From: Anaeramoeba ignava BMAN
Lineage: Eukaryota; Protista; Anaeramoebae
DNA: 64,000 bases
NCBI GenBank assembly: GCA_028826165.1
Contig: JAPDFW010000121.1
Coordinates: 62,001 to 126,000 of the forward strand
Reading direction: 5' to 3'
Shown here piece by piece: positions 46,206 through 61,672 of the stretch (position 1 is the stretch's first letter; each line of letters begins with the position of its first letter). The position numbers and the translations under genes are program-made. The notes beneath the pieces are model-generated. The model was given only the letters and a program-made list of their open reading frames with translations. It did no database searches and was not told the DNA's origin.

Positions 46206-49110
46206 TTAAAAAAAATAATTCCAAAAATTTGCGCAAAATAAATGAAATGAATGATTTTCTTTATCAAAAAAAGAAGGAGTTTTTGGAAGAATTGGCAAAC
46301 AACATAAACTGCAAATTTCATAATCAATATTGTTCTGAACTAATTGTTTGGCAACTACCCAATTGTTTATTGAAATTTGATCAATATTATCCTCATCTGG
46401 AATTTCATCTGGAATTACATTGTGTTCTTTTAAAATTGATTTGAATTGGAAAAATCTAGTTCGAAAACGGTTGATTAAATTTTGAATTGAAGATGATTCA
46501 TAATTTCCATGATAAAATTTGTGAATATCATCAACAACCTTAAAAAATTTGCATAAAACAAATAAATAAGAAATGTGTTTGCGAACTTTTTCTGATTCAA
46601 ATACTAGTTTGAGTTGTTCTTCTGCGAAATTGGGAGATTCTTTTAAATCTGGTGAATTTATCAATTTATGGAAATTCTTCAGAAAAGTTTCTAATGTTTG
46701 AATAATTTTGAATTGAATTTTATTCCAAAATTGTTTTTTTTCGTTTCTTTCATATAAAAATTTTCCATAATAAATTGTTTTTTTGGATTTCTTGCTCTTT
46801 TCATTTTCATCTTCATTTTCATTTTCATTTTCATTTTCATTTTCTTGAGTATTTTTAGAATTTATTTGATTTTCTTTTGATTTCTCAATCCTATAAATAA
46901 ATAATTTTCGTTTTAAATGAAAAATTTGGTTTTGAATCTTTTCTGTTTGATTTTGGAAATTTTGTAATTTTTCACGAAGTTGAATTGCGATTTCGAGTTG
47001 GTCATTTTCTTTGGCTTCTTGATACTTGAGTTTCAAGAATCTCATTTGTTTTTGGATTTGAATAATTTTTTGGCATTGTTCAAATTCTTTTGAAAATGAA
47101 GGGATATTTTGTAATTCTTGAGCTAATTCAATTAGTGATAATTTTTTGATTTTTTCTTTTTCTATATTTTGATTTTCTAATTTATTTTGATTTTCTAATT
47201 TATTTTGATTTTCTAATTTATTTTGATTTTCTAATTTATTTTGATTTTCTAATTTATTTTGATTTTGATTTTGAATTTGATTTTGAATTTGATTTTGAAT
47301 TTGATTTTGAATTTGATTTATATTTTGATTTTGATTTTCATTTTGATTTTGATTTTGATTTTCATTTTCATTATGGTTTTCATTTTGAATTTGATTTTGA
47401 TTTTGGTTTTGGTTTTCATTTTCAATTTGATTTTGATTTTGATTTTGATTTTGATTTTGATTTTGATTTTGATTTTGAATTTGAATTTGATTTTTATTTT
47501 CATTTTCATTTTGATTTTGATTTTCAATTTGATTTTGATTTTGATTTTGAATTTGAATTTGATTTTGATTTTGATTTTCTAATTGATTTTCATTTTCATT
47601 TTGATTTTCATTTTCATTATGGTTTTCATTTTGATTTTCATTTTCAATTTGATTTTGATTTTGATTTTGATTTTGATTTTGATTTTGATTTTGATTTTGA
47701 TTTTGATTTTGATTTTGATTTTGATTTATATTTTGATTTTCATTTTGATTTTGAATTTGAATTTGATTTTGATTTTGATTTTGATTTTGATTTTCATTTT
47801 CAATTTCGTGAGATTCAAAAAGTGATTCAACTACTTCAATAGATTTCCAATCAAAAGGTTCATTTGCTTTTTTAAATTTTGTTTTTTTAAAATTTTTTTC
47901 TTCTAAATTATTTTCAATTTCAAAAGAATTTTCAATTTTATTTTGATTTTGAAATTCATTTTGATTTTGATTTTCTAATTGATTTTTATTTTTATTTTGG
48001 TTTTCATTTTGAATTTGATTTTGATTTTCTAATTGATTTTCATTTTCATTTTGATTTTCATTTTGATTTTGATTTTCAATTTGATTTTGATTTTGATTTT
48101 CAATTTGATTTTGATTTTGATTTTGATTTTGATTTTGATTTGATTTTGATTTTGATTTTGATTTTGATTTTGATTTTGATTTTCATTTTGATTTTGATTT
48201 TTTGATTTTGATTTTGATTTTCATTTTGATTTTGATTTTGATTTTTATTTTGATTTTTATTTTGATTTTTATTTTGATTTTCAATTTGAATTTGATTTTG
48301 ATTTTCATTTTGATTTTGATTTTTATTTTGATTTTTATTTTCAATTTGATTTTGATTTTGATTTTGATTTTGATTTTGATTTTCTAATTTATTTTGATTT
48401 TTATTTTGATTTTCAATTTGATTTTGATTTTGATTTTCTAATTGATTTTCATTTTCATTTTGATTTTCATTTTCATTATGGTTTTCATTTTGAATTTGAA
48501 TTTGATTTTGATTTTGATTTTGATTTTGATTTTGATTTTGATTTTGATTTTGATTTTCAATTTGATTTTGATTTTTATTTTCATTTTCTAATTGAATTTG
48601 AATTTGATTTTCAATTTCGTGAGATTCAAAAAGTGATTCAACTACTTCAATAGATTTCCAATCAAAAGGTTCATTTGCTTTTTTAAATTTTGTTTTTTTA
48701 AAATTTTTTTCTTCTGAACTATTTTCAATTTCAAAAGAATTTTCAATTTGATTTTCTTCATTCTCAGGAGCTGATACAAAATCTGAGAAAGAAATGCTTT
48801 GAATTTGAGAGAAATTGCCAAATGGTTGAAGGTTTGTTGACTGAACAAATGAATTAAATTGCATTAAAGGATTTTGATTTATAAATTGATTTTGATTTGT
48901 ATTTATAAATTGGTTTTGATTTTGATTTATAAATTGATTTTGGTTTTGATTTATAAATTGATTTTGGTTTTGGTTTGGATTTATAAATTGATTTTGATTT
49001 TGATTTTGATTTTGATTTTGATTTTGGTTTTGGTTTTGATTTATAAATTGATTTTGATTTATAAATTGATTTTGAATTTGATTTTGATTTTGATTTTGAA
49101 TTGGATTCAT
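46206..49110 (-). CDS. Synergin-gamma-like AP-1 accessory protein with long N/Q tracts and an internal duplication; apparent frameshifts in the repeats
   Basis: FGNF and FSDF gamma-ear-binding-like motifs. C-terminal CSLCCL...FHLFCANFWN resembles the synergin-gamma tail (C..C.L...YH..CANFW.N). Confidence 0.6.
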
Positions 49111-49313
49111 TTGTTAAAGAAAAAAAATGAAAAAATGAAAAAATGAAAAAATATTTTTTCCGATTTCTTTAAATTTATTTTTTTTCGTTATTTCAAGATT
49201 AAAAATGAATGCTTTTAAAAATCAAAAATCAAAAACTCAAAAACCGAAATTAAAAGAAAAATGAAGAAAGAAAATGAAAGAAAAAAAAAAAGAAAAATCA
49301 TTTTTAAAGAAGA

Positions 49314-50528
<1,215 letters not shown>

Positions 50529-50829
50529 TGAATTTTTTATTTTTTTGAGTTTTATTTGTGTTAAAATTAAAATTTGGGAAAATAAAAAAAAGGAAAAAAA
50601 TGAAAAATAAAAAATTAAAAAAAATAATTTTAAAAATAAAAAGAAGACAAGATCAAAAAATATCAAAATTTTAAAACTTAATTAAATAATTAATTAAATA
50701 ATTTATTAGATCTTTTTTTTTGGAATGAATTTTATTAAAGATTTCCTTAATATTTCCTTTTTAATTTCTTTTATTTCCATTATTAAAATTTTTTTTACTT
50801 AAAAAATAGATAATTTTTTCTTTTATTAA

Positions 50830-52995
50830 TTTTTTATTAATTTTTTTAATTATATTAAATTAATATTTATAAATAAATTTATTTAGAATTAGATTTAAAA
50901 ATAATTTATAAATTAATATTAATTAAAAATAATATAAAATAAAGAAATAAATTTATTTAAATTATTTATTAATTTTTTATTAATTTTTTTAATTATATTT
51001 AATTAATATTTATAAATAAATTTATTTAGAATTAGATTTAAAAATAATTTATAAATAAATATTAATTAATAATAATATAAAATAAAGAAATAAATTTATT
51101 TAAATTATTTATTAATTTTTTTATTAATTTTTTTAATTATATTTAATTAATATTTATTAATAAATTTATTTAGAATTAGATTTATAAATAATTTATAAAT
51201 AGATATTAATATAAAATAATATAAAATAAAAGAAATAAATTTATTAAAATTTTTTATTAATTTTTTTATTAATTTTTTTAATTATATTTAATTAATATTT
51301 ATAAATAAATTTATTTAGAATTAGATTTAAAAATAATTTATAAATAGATAATAGTATAAAATAATATAAAAATAAAGAAATAAATTTATTTAAATTATTT
51401 ATTCATTTTTTTATTAATTTTTTTAATTATATTTAATTAATATTTATAAATAAATTTATTTAGAATTAGATTTAAAAATAATTTATAAATTAATATTAAT
51501 ATAAAATAATATAAAATAAAGAAATAAATTTATTAAAATTTTTATTAATTTTTATTAATTTTTTAATTATATTTAATTATTATTTATAAATAAATTTATT
51601 TAGAATTAGATTTAAAAATAATTTATAAATAAATATTAATTAAAAATAATATAAAATAAAAGAAATAAATTTATTTAAAATTTTTATTAATTTTTTATTA
51701 ATTTTTTCAATTATATTTAATTAATATTTATTAATAAATTTATTTAGAATTAGATTTAAAAATAATTTAGAAATAAATAATAATATAAAATAATATAAAA
51801 TAAAGAAATAAATTTATTTAAATTATTTATTAATTTTTTATTAATTTTTTTAATTATATTTAATTAATATTTATTAATAAATTTATTTAGAATTAGATTT
51901 AAAAATAAATTTATAAATAAATATTAATATAAAATAATATAAAATAAAGAAATAAATTTAATAAAATTTTTATTAATTTTTTATTAATTTTTTCAATTAT
52001 ATTTAATTAATATTTATTAATAAATTTATTTAGAATTAGATTTAAAAATAATTTATAAATAGATAATAATAAAAATAATATAAAATAAAAGAAATAAATT
52101 TATTTAAATTTTTTATTAATTTTTTATTAATTTTTTTAATTATATTTAATTAATATTTATTAATAAATTTATTTAGAATTAGATTTGAAAATAAATTATA
52201 AATAGATATTAATTAAAAATAATATAAAATAAAAGAAATAAATTTATTTAAAATTATTTTATTAATTTTTTATTAATTTTTTTAATTATATTTAATTAAT
52301 AGTTATTAAATAAATTTATTTAGAATTAGATTTAAAAATAATTTATAAATAGATAATAATATAAAAATAATATAAAATAAAAGAAATAAATTTTATTTAA
52401 ATTATTTATTAATTTTTTATTAATTTTTTTTAATTATATTTAATTAATATTTATTAATAAATTTATTTAAATTAATTTTAAAAATAATAAATAAATTAGA
52501 TATTAATATAAAATAATAAATAAAATAAAAGAAATAAATTTATTTAAATTATTTATTAATTTTTTATTAATTTTTTTAATTATATTTAATTAATATTTAT
52601 TAATAAATTTATTTAGAATTAGATTTAAAAATAATTTATAAATAAATATTAATTAAAAATAATATAAAAATAAAGAAATAAATTTATTTAAATTTTTATT
52701 AATTTTTTATTAATTTTTTTAATTATATTTAATTAATATTTATTAATAAATTTATTTAAAATTAGATTTAAAAATAATTTATAAATAAATATTAATATAA
52801 AATAATATAAAATAAAGAAATAAATTTATTTAAATTATTTATTAATTTTTTATTAATTTTTTTAATTATATTTAATTAATATTTATTAATAAATTTATTT
52901 AGAATTAGATTTAAAAATAATTTATAAATAAATATTAATTAAAATAATATAAAATAAAGAAATAAATTTATTTAAATTTTTTATTAATTTTTATT
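50830..52995. repeat. AT-rich satellite A, ~144-bp unit, ~15 copies
   Basis: TTTAGAATTAGATTT recurs at ~50885, 51027, 51171, 51316, 51461, 51601, 51745, 51890, 52031, 52174, 52321 ... 52900. Confidence 0.9.
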
Positions 52996-53107
52996 AAAAA
53001 TTTTGAATTAAAGAATAGGAAAATAATTTATTTCACATTCTTACAAATTATTTTGGAAAATGATTTAAAAATTAAAAATTAAAATTGTTTCTGAATGCAA
53101 GTAATAA

Positions 53108-54585
53108 TTAATTTGAATCCAATTCATTCAATTCACTTTCTGATTCAGTAAAATCTTCTAAATCAGTAATTTTTGATTTTGATTTTGATTTTGATTTTGA
53201 TTTTGATTTTGATTTTGAAATATAATTTGCATCAAGAAATTCATCTTCATCAAGTAAAGTATCATTAATTGTTGTTTGATCAAAGTTTTTTTTAGACCAT
53301 TTTCTTTTTAAAGAAGAAATAATTTGATGTCTTATTGATTTTACAAAAACAATAAAAATGAGAAAATCCCAAATTCCTTGACTTGGAACAAGAAAAGCTT
53401 GAAGAACATCAAGTGTTGTTGAATGTGATACATCAGGTTTAATTAATTCTCTGAATCTTTTTACTGTTGATGGAATTGCTATTACTAAATAAACTAATGG
53501 AATTAATGTCATTCTTAATTGTACTTTCAGTTTTTCTTTTTTTCGTCTTTTATCTGAATCTCTTGCTAAATTGGATACTGATTTATATACTTTTCTTATC
53601 TTATAAAGACAGAAAATGTAAATTATTAATAATATAACAAGGAAAAACCACCAAATTGAATAAACTGTCCACATTAGATGTGATTCATTTGTATAACACC
53701 TTTTTTATTTTAATTTTGATTTTAATTTTAATTTTAATTTTAATTTTGATTTTGATTTTGATTTTGATTTTAATTTTGATTTTGAATTTAAATTTTGATT
53801 TTGATTTTGATTTTGATTTTAATTTTGATTTTAATTTTCATTTTGATTTTGATTTTGAATTTGAATTTGATTTTGATTTTGATTTTAATTTTAATTTTAA
53901 TTTTAATTTTGAATTTGAATTTTGATTTTGATTTTGATTTTAATTTTAATTTTGATTTTAATTTTGATTTTGATTTTGATTTTGATTTTAATTTTGATTT
54001 TGATTTTGATTTTGATTTTGATTTTGATTTTTAATTTTGATTTTAATTTTAATTTTGATTTTAATTTTGATTTTAATTTTGATTTTAATTTTAATTTTGA
54101 TTTTGATTTTGATTTTGATTTTGATTTTAATTTTAATTTTGATAAAGAAATGAAATAAAAATATACCAATAAGCTCCACCTTTTTTAGGAGAAGCAAAAA
54201 CAATCCAAATAACACATAAAACAGCAGATAAAAAAACAGTAAAAACATGGAGTCTTTTTTGTAAATAATTACAAAAAGAATCACGAGTATTAAAAACAAT
54301 TTTCAAAAAAGTAATAAAAGAAACAGAAGCAGTCCAAGAAGGAGTAGCACCCAACATAACGCTTATCCAAACAACTTGCACTGAGCAGAGATTATCATTT
54401 GAGGGTCCTGGCAATGAAAAAGAAAAGGATAAAAGAAAATCATATATTGATAAAATAAAGATTAATTTTCGAAATAAATTTCTTAATGATGGATAAGCTA
54501 TATGTGTTGCCATAATTCCTATTGACCCCATCATGCTAAGAATTCCACTTGTTATTGTTAATCCTGCTAATAATCTATAACTCAT
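53108..54585 (-). CDS. 7-TM GPCR, cAMP-receptor-like (CAR/GCR1) family; intron 53700-54166
   Basis: SGILSMMGS, RKLIFILSIYD, LCSVQ, WT, spliced AYWCY in ECL2, LIPLVYL..PST..R, LQA..PSQG.WDFLIF. Confidence 0.8.
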
Positions 54586-54953
54586 TTTTTTTTTGTTTTT
54601 TAATAAGATCAAATAATTATTTTAAAAAAAAAGGAAAAGAAAAAAATAAATTAATTTTTTTTTTTTTGCTTTTTTTTCTTTCTTTTTGAAATCTTTTATT
54701 TTTTTTTATTTTCAAAAAAGATCAAAAAATAGAACAAAAAAACATTATTACATTGAACAAAAATTTTGAATTTTGATTTTAATTTTGATTTTGATTTTAA
54801 TTTTGATTTTGATTTTGATTTTGATATTGGATTTGGATTTTGATTTTGATTTTGGATTTTGATTTTAATTTTAATTTTGATTTTAATTTTGATTTTAATT
54901 TTGATTTTGAGTTTGATTTTAATTTTGATTTTGATTTTGATTTTGATTTTTAG

Positions 54954-57900
54954 TTATTTTTTGAATGAATTTTTTTTCAGATTTAATTTCAAATTTAAAT
55001 GAATTTTTTGATTTTCTTCAATTTGATGTTCATTTTCAATTTGATTTTCATTCTGATTTTCATTTTCATTTTCTTGAAAATCCAAACCACTTTTCGAATC
55101 TTCAGATTCAGTAAAATTTTCTAAATCAGTCATTTTATATTTTGAAAAATTTCTTGTAACTTTTGAATGATCCACATTATCTTCATCAAGTAAAATATGA
55201 TCAACAGTTGAAGAATCTGAATTTTCTTTAAAGCATTTTCTTTTTAAAGAAGAAATAATTTGATGTCTTATTGATTTGACAAAAACAATAAAAATAAGAA
55301 AATCCCAAATTCCTTGACTTGGAAGAAACCAAGCTTGAAGAACATCAAGGGTTTTGGATGAAGATACATTCGGTTCAACTAAAGAACGAACTCTATTTAT
55401 TGTTGATGGAAGTGCTAATACTAAATAAACTAATGGAATTAATGTCATTCTTAATTGTATTCTTAGCTTTTCTTTCTTTTTCCTTTTTTCTGAATCTCTT
55501 GCTATATTTGATACTGATTTATTAATTCTGATCTTTCGAATACATAAAACGTAAATTATTAATATTATAACAAGGAAAAACCACCAAATTGAATAGATTG
55601 TCCAAATAAGAAATGCTTCTTTTGGATAACACCTTTTTAATTTTAATTTTGATTTTGATTTTGATTTTAATTTTGATTTTGATTTTTAATTTTGATTTTA
55701 ATTTTGATTTTGATTTTAATTTTCATTTTGATTTTGTAATTTTGATTTTGATTTTGATTTTGATTTTGATGATTTTGATTTTGATTTTATTTTTTTGAAT
55801 TTTTGACCTTTTGATTTTGATTTTGATTTTGATTTTGATTTTGATTTTGATTTTAATTTTGATTTTGATTTTGATTTTAATTTTGATTTTAATTTTGATT
55901 TTGATTTTAATTTTGATTTTGATTTTGATTTTGATTTTGATTTTGATTTTGATTTTGATTTTAATTTTGATTTTGATTTTTATTTTGATTTTAATTTTTT
56001 TGATTTTTTGAATTTAATTTTGATTTTGATTTTGATTTTGATTTTGATTTAATTTTGATTTTGATTTTAATTTTGATTTTGATTTTGATTTTGATTTTGA
56101 TTTTGATTTTGATTTTGATTTTGATTTTGATTTTGATTTTGGATTTTAATTTTGATTTTAATTTTAATTTTGATTTTGATTTTGATTTTAATTTTGATTT
56201 TTAATTTTGATTTTGATTTTAATTTTGATTTTGATTTTGATTTTAATTTTGATTTTAATTTTGATTTTTGATTTTGATTTTGATTTGAATTTTAATTTTT
56301 GATTTTTTTGATTTTGATTTTGATTTTTGATTTTGATTTTGATTTTCATTTGATTTTAATTTTTGATTTTTAATTTTGAATTTTGATTTTGATTTTGATT
56401 TTTGATTTTGATTTTGATTTTAATTTTGATTTTGATTTTAATTTTGATTTTGATTTTGATTTTGAATTTGATTTTGATTTGATTTTGATTTTAATTTTTT
56501 GAATTTTGATTTTTGATTTTGATTTTTGATTTTTGATTGATTTGACAAAATTTTGATTTTGAAAATCCCAAATTTTTTTTTGATTTTTTAATTTTGATTT
56601 TGATTTTTAATTTTGATTTTGATTTTAATTTTGATTTTGATTTTGATTTTGATTTTAATTTTGATTTTGATTTTGATTTTGATTTTGATTTTGATTTTGA
56701 TTTTGATTTTGATTTTGATTTTGATTTTGATTTTGGAATTTTGATTTTGATTTTGAATTTTGATTTTGATTTTGATTTTTGATTTTTGATTTTGATTTTT
56801 GGATTTGATTTTGATTTTGATTTTTGATTTTGAATTTGAATTTTGATTTTAATTTTGATTTTAATTTTGATTTTGATTTTAATTTTGATTTTAATTTTGA
56901 TTTTAATTTTGATTTTGATTTTGATTTATATTTTGATTTTGATTTTGATTTTGATTTTGATAAAGAAAGGAAATAAAAATATACCAATAAGAACCACCTT
57001 TTTGAGGAGAAACAAAAACAATCCAAATAACACAAACAATAGTAGATAAAATTTTAAAAATGAGTTTTAAATAATTACAAAAAGAATCAATTTCAAAAAC
57101 AATTTTTAAAAGAAACAGAAGCAGTCCAAGAAGGAGTAGCAGTTAACATCACAGCATTTCAGTTTTTTTTGACAATTTTATTTTTGATTTAATGAAAAGA
57201 TAAGGATAAAAGATTTTGATTTTGATTTTTAATTTTTTTAAATTTGGATTTTTGATTTTATGTTGCCATAATTTTTGACCCAAATTTAGCTAATGTTCCA
57301 CTTGTTATTGTTAATGCTTCATAGCTTTTTATTTTCATTTTATATTTTTGATTTTATTTTTGATTTTATTTTGCTTTTTTTTAGGAATTTTTGATTTTGA
57401 TTTTGAATTTGGAAAAAATTTAATTTTTTCAAATTTTGATTTTCTTTTTTTTAATTTTTTATAATTTTAAATAAATTTATTTATAAATAATAATTTAATA
57501 TTAAATTTTGATTTTAAATTTTGATTTACATTTATATTTCAATATTTAATTTAAATATTTATAAATAATTTTTGATTTTTATTTTTTTGATTTTTAAATA
57601 ATTTTGATTTTTAATTTTAAATTTTAATTAGAAAATGATATAATAAAAAGGATTTTGATTTTAATAATTTAATTATAATTTTGATTTTAAATTTAATTTT
57701 AAATAAATTTATTTTAAATAATTTTAATTTTAATTTTAGAAAATTTTAAAAGGGTAAATTTTAATTTTTATTTTAATTTTAATTAAATAAAAATTTTTTG
57801 ATTTTGATTTTTATTTAAATTAAATTTTTTAAATTTTAATTCTGTTTTTGATAAAGAAAGGAAATAAAAATATACCAATAAGAACCACCTTTTTGAGGAG

Positions 57901-58306
57901 AAACAAAAACAATCCAAATAACACAAACAATAGTAGATAAAATAACAGTAAAAATGAGGAGTTTTTTTTGTAAATAATTACAAAAAGAATCACGAGTATT
58001 AAAAACAATTTTCAAAAAAGTAATAAAAGAAACAGAAGCAGTCCAAGAAGGAGTAGCAGTTAACATCACAGCATTTCCAACAACTTGCACTGAGCAAATA
58101 GTGCTATTTTTTGATCCTGGTAATGAAAAAGATAAGGATAAAAGAAAATCAAATATTGATAAAATAAAGATTAATTTTCGAAATAAATTTCTTAATGATG
58201 GATAATAATTTCTTTAAGCTATATATGTTGCCATAATTCCTATTGACCCAAACATAGCTAATGTTCCACTTGTTATTGTTAATGCTTCATAGCTTTTATC
58301 GCTCAT
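54954..58306 (-). pseudogene. Second CAR-like GPCR paralogue; 12-bp insertion makes an in-frame TAA near 58215; intron region contains a garbled duplicate of exon 1
   Basis: Exon 1 58306-57876 and exon 2 ~55633-54954 align to the first GPCR. GCT TAA AGA AAT TAT TAT CCA here versus GCT TAT CCA in the first copy. Confidence 0.6.
55636..56960. repeat. (TTTTGA/TTTTAA)n intronic tract
   Basis: Directly visible. Confidence 0.9.
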
Positions 58307-58449
58307 TTCTTATATTTGTTTGTTTATTTTTTTTTGTTTGATTATTTTGCTTTTTTTCTTTTAGGAATTTTTTTTGATTTGAATTTTGAATTTGGAAAAA
58401 AATAAATTAATTTTTTTTTCAAATTTTCCCTTTTTTTTAATTTTCCCAA

Positions 58450-60000
58450 ATCTAATTTAATTTTTAATATAATTTTAAATAAATTTATTTATAAATAATA
58501 ATTTAATATTTAATTAGAAAATGATATAATAAAAGGATAAATATTTACATTTATATTTCAATATTTAATTAAATATTTATAAATAATTTATTTATAATTT
58601 TATTTTAAATATAATTTTAAATAAATTTATTTATAAATAATAATTAAATATTAAATTAGAAAATGATATAATAAAAGGATAAACATTTACATTTATATTT
58701 CAATATTTAATTAAATATTTGTAAATAATTTATTTATAATTTAATTTTAAATATAATTTTAAATAAATTTATTTATAAATAATAATTTAATATTTAATTA
58801 GAAAATGATATAATAAAAAGGATAAAATATTTACATTTCTATTTCAATATTTAATTAAATATTTATAAATAATTTATTTATAATTTAATTTTAAATATAA
58901 TTTTAAATAAATTTATTTATAAATAATAATTTAATATTAAATTAGAAAAATGATATAATAAAAGGATATATATATTTGCATTTATATTTCAATATTTAAT
59001 TAAATATTTGTAAATAATTTATTTATAATTTTATTTTAAATCTAATTTTAAATAAATTTATTTATAAATAATAATTAAATATTGAAATTAGAAAATAATA
59101 TAATAAAAAGGATAAAAATATTTGCATTTATATTTCAATATTTAATTAAATATTTGTAAATAATTTATTTAATAATTTTATTTTAAATATAATTTTAAAT
59201 AAATTTATTTATAAATAATAATTTAATATTTAATTAGAAAATGATATAATAAAAAGGATAAATATTTACATTTTATATTTCAATATTTTAAATTAAATAT
59301 TTATAATTTTTTTAAATAATTTATTTATTTAATTTAAATTTTTAAACTATAATTTAATAAATAAATTTATTTTTTATCAATATTTAATTAAATATTTATA
59401 AAAATTTATTTATAAAAAATTTTATAATAAAATTTTAAATAAATTTATTTACCAATAAATATTTAATTAAATATTTATAAATAAAATTTATTAATAATTT
59501 TATTTTTAAATATAATTTTAAATAAAATTTATTTATAAAATAATAATTTAAATAATTTTAAATTTAATTTTAAAAAATAATTTAATATTTAATTAGAAAA
59601 TAATATCCCATTTATATTTCAATATTTAATTAAATATTTATAAATAATTTATTTATAATTTTAATTTTTAAATATAATTTTAAATAAATTTATTTATAAA
59701 TAATAATTAAATATTAAATTAGAAAATAATATAATAAAAAGGATAAAATATTTACATTTATATTTCAATATTTAATTAAATATTTATAAATAATTTATTT
59801 ATAATTTTATTTTAAATATAATTTTAAATAAATTTATTTATAAATAATAATTAAATATTAAATTAGAAAATGATATAATAAAAGGATAAATATTTGCATT
59901 TCTATTTCAATATTTAATTAAATATTTGTAAATAATTTATTTATAATTTTATTTTAAATCTAATTTTAAATAAATTTATTAATAAATAATAATTTAATAT
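58450..60000. repeat. AT-rich satellite B, ~144-bp unit, ~10 copies; shares a core with satellite A in inverted orientation
   Basis: ATTAGAAAATGATATAATAAAAGGATA recurs at ~58514, 58656, 58797, 58941, 59087, 59233, 59718 and 59863. Confidence 0.88.
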
Positions 60001-60323
60001 AATTAAAAAAATTAATAAAAAATTAATAAAAGAAAAAATTATCTATTTTTTAAGTAAAAAAAATTTTAATAAAGGAAATAAAAGAAATTAAAAAGGAAAT
60101 ATTAAGGAAATCTTTAATAAAATTCATTCCAAAAAAAAGATCAAATAAATTATTTATTTAATTATTTAATTAAGTTTTAAAATTTTGATATTTTTTGATC
60201 TTGTCTTCTTTTTATTTTTAAAATTATTTTTTTAATTTTTTTATTTTTCATTTTTTTCCTTTTTTTTATTTTCCCAAATTTTAATTTTAACAAAAATAAA
60301 AACTCAAAAAAATAAAAAATTCA

Positions 60324-61134
<811 letters not shown>

Positions 61135-61672
61135 TCTTTTTTAAAAAATTATTTTTCTTTTTTCTTTTTTTAAAAATTTCATTAAAATTTTATTTTTAAT
61201 CCTCTTTATTCTTTTATTTTTAATTTTTATTTTGATTTTTATTTTGATTTTGATTTTAATTTTGATTTTTAATTTTAATTTTGATTTTCATTTTGATTTT
61301 GATTTTGATTTTGATTTTGATTTTGATTTTGATTTTGATTTTGATTTTGATTTTGATTTTGATTTTGATTTTGATTTTCATTTTGATTTTGTTTTTCATT
61401 TTGATTTTTATTTTCTAATTGATTTTGATTTTAATTTTGATTTTGATTTTGATTTTGATTTTGATTTTGATTTTAATTTTGATTTTGATTTTCATTTTGA
61501 TTTTGTTTTTCATTTTGATTTTGATTTTGATTTTTGATTTTGATTTTGATTTTGATTTTCATTTTTCATTTTAATTTTCATTTTCATTTTCATTTTCATT
61601 TTGATTTCAATTTTGATTTTGATTTTGATTTTCTAATTGATTTTAATTTTGATTTTGATTTTCTAATTGATT

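Noticed and set aside
50830-52995. CRISPR-like array
   Set aside because: Whole units are repeated with no unique spacers, there are no cas genes, and the context is eukaryotic.
56960-57835. Third GPCR copy or repeat-invaded exon
   Set aside because: A garbled duplicate of 57840-58700 interleaved with TTTTGA units; most likely an assembly or polishing artefact.
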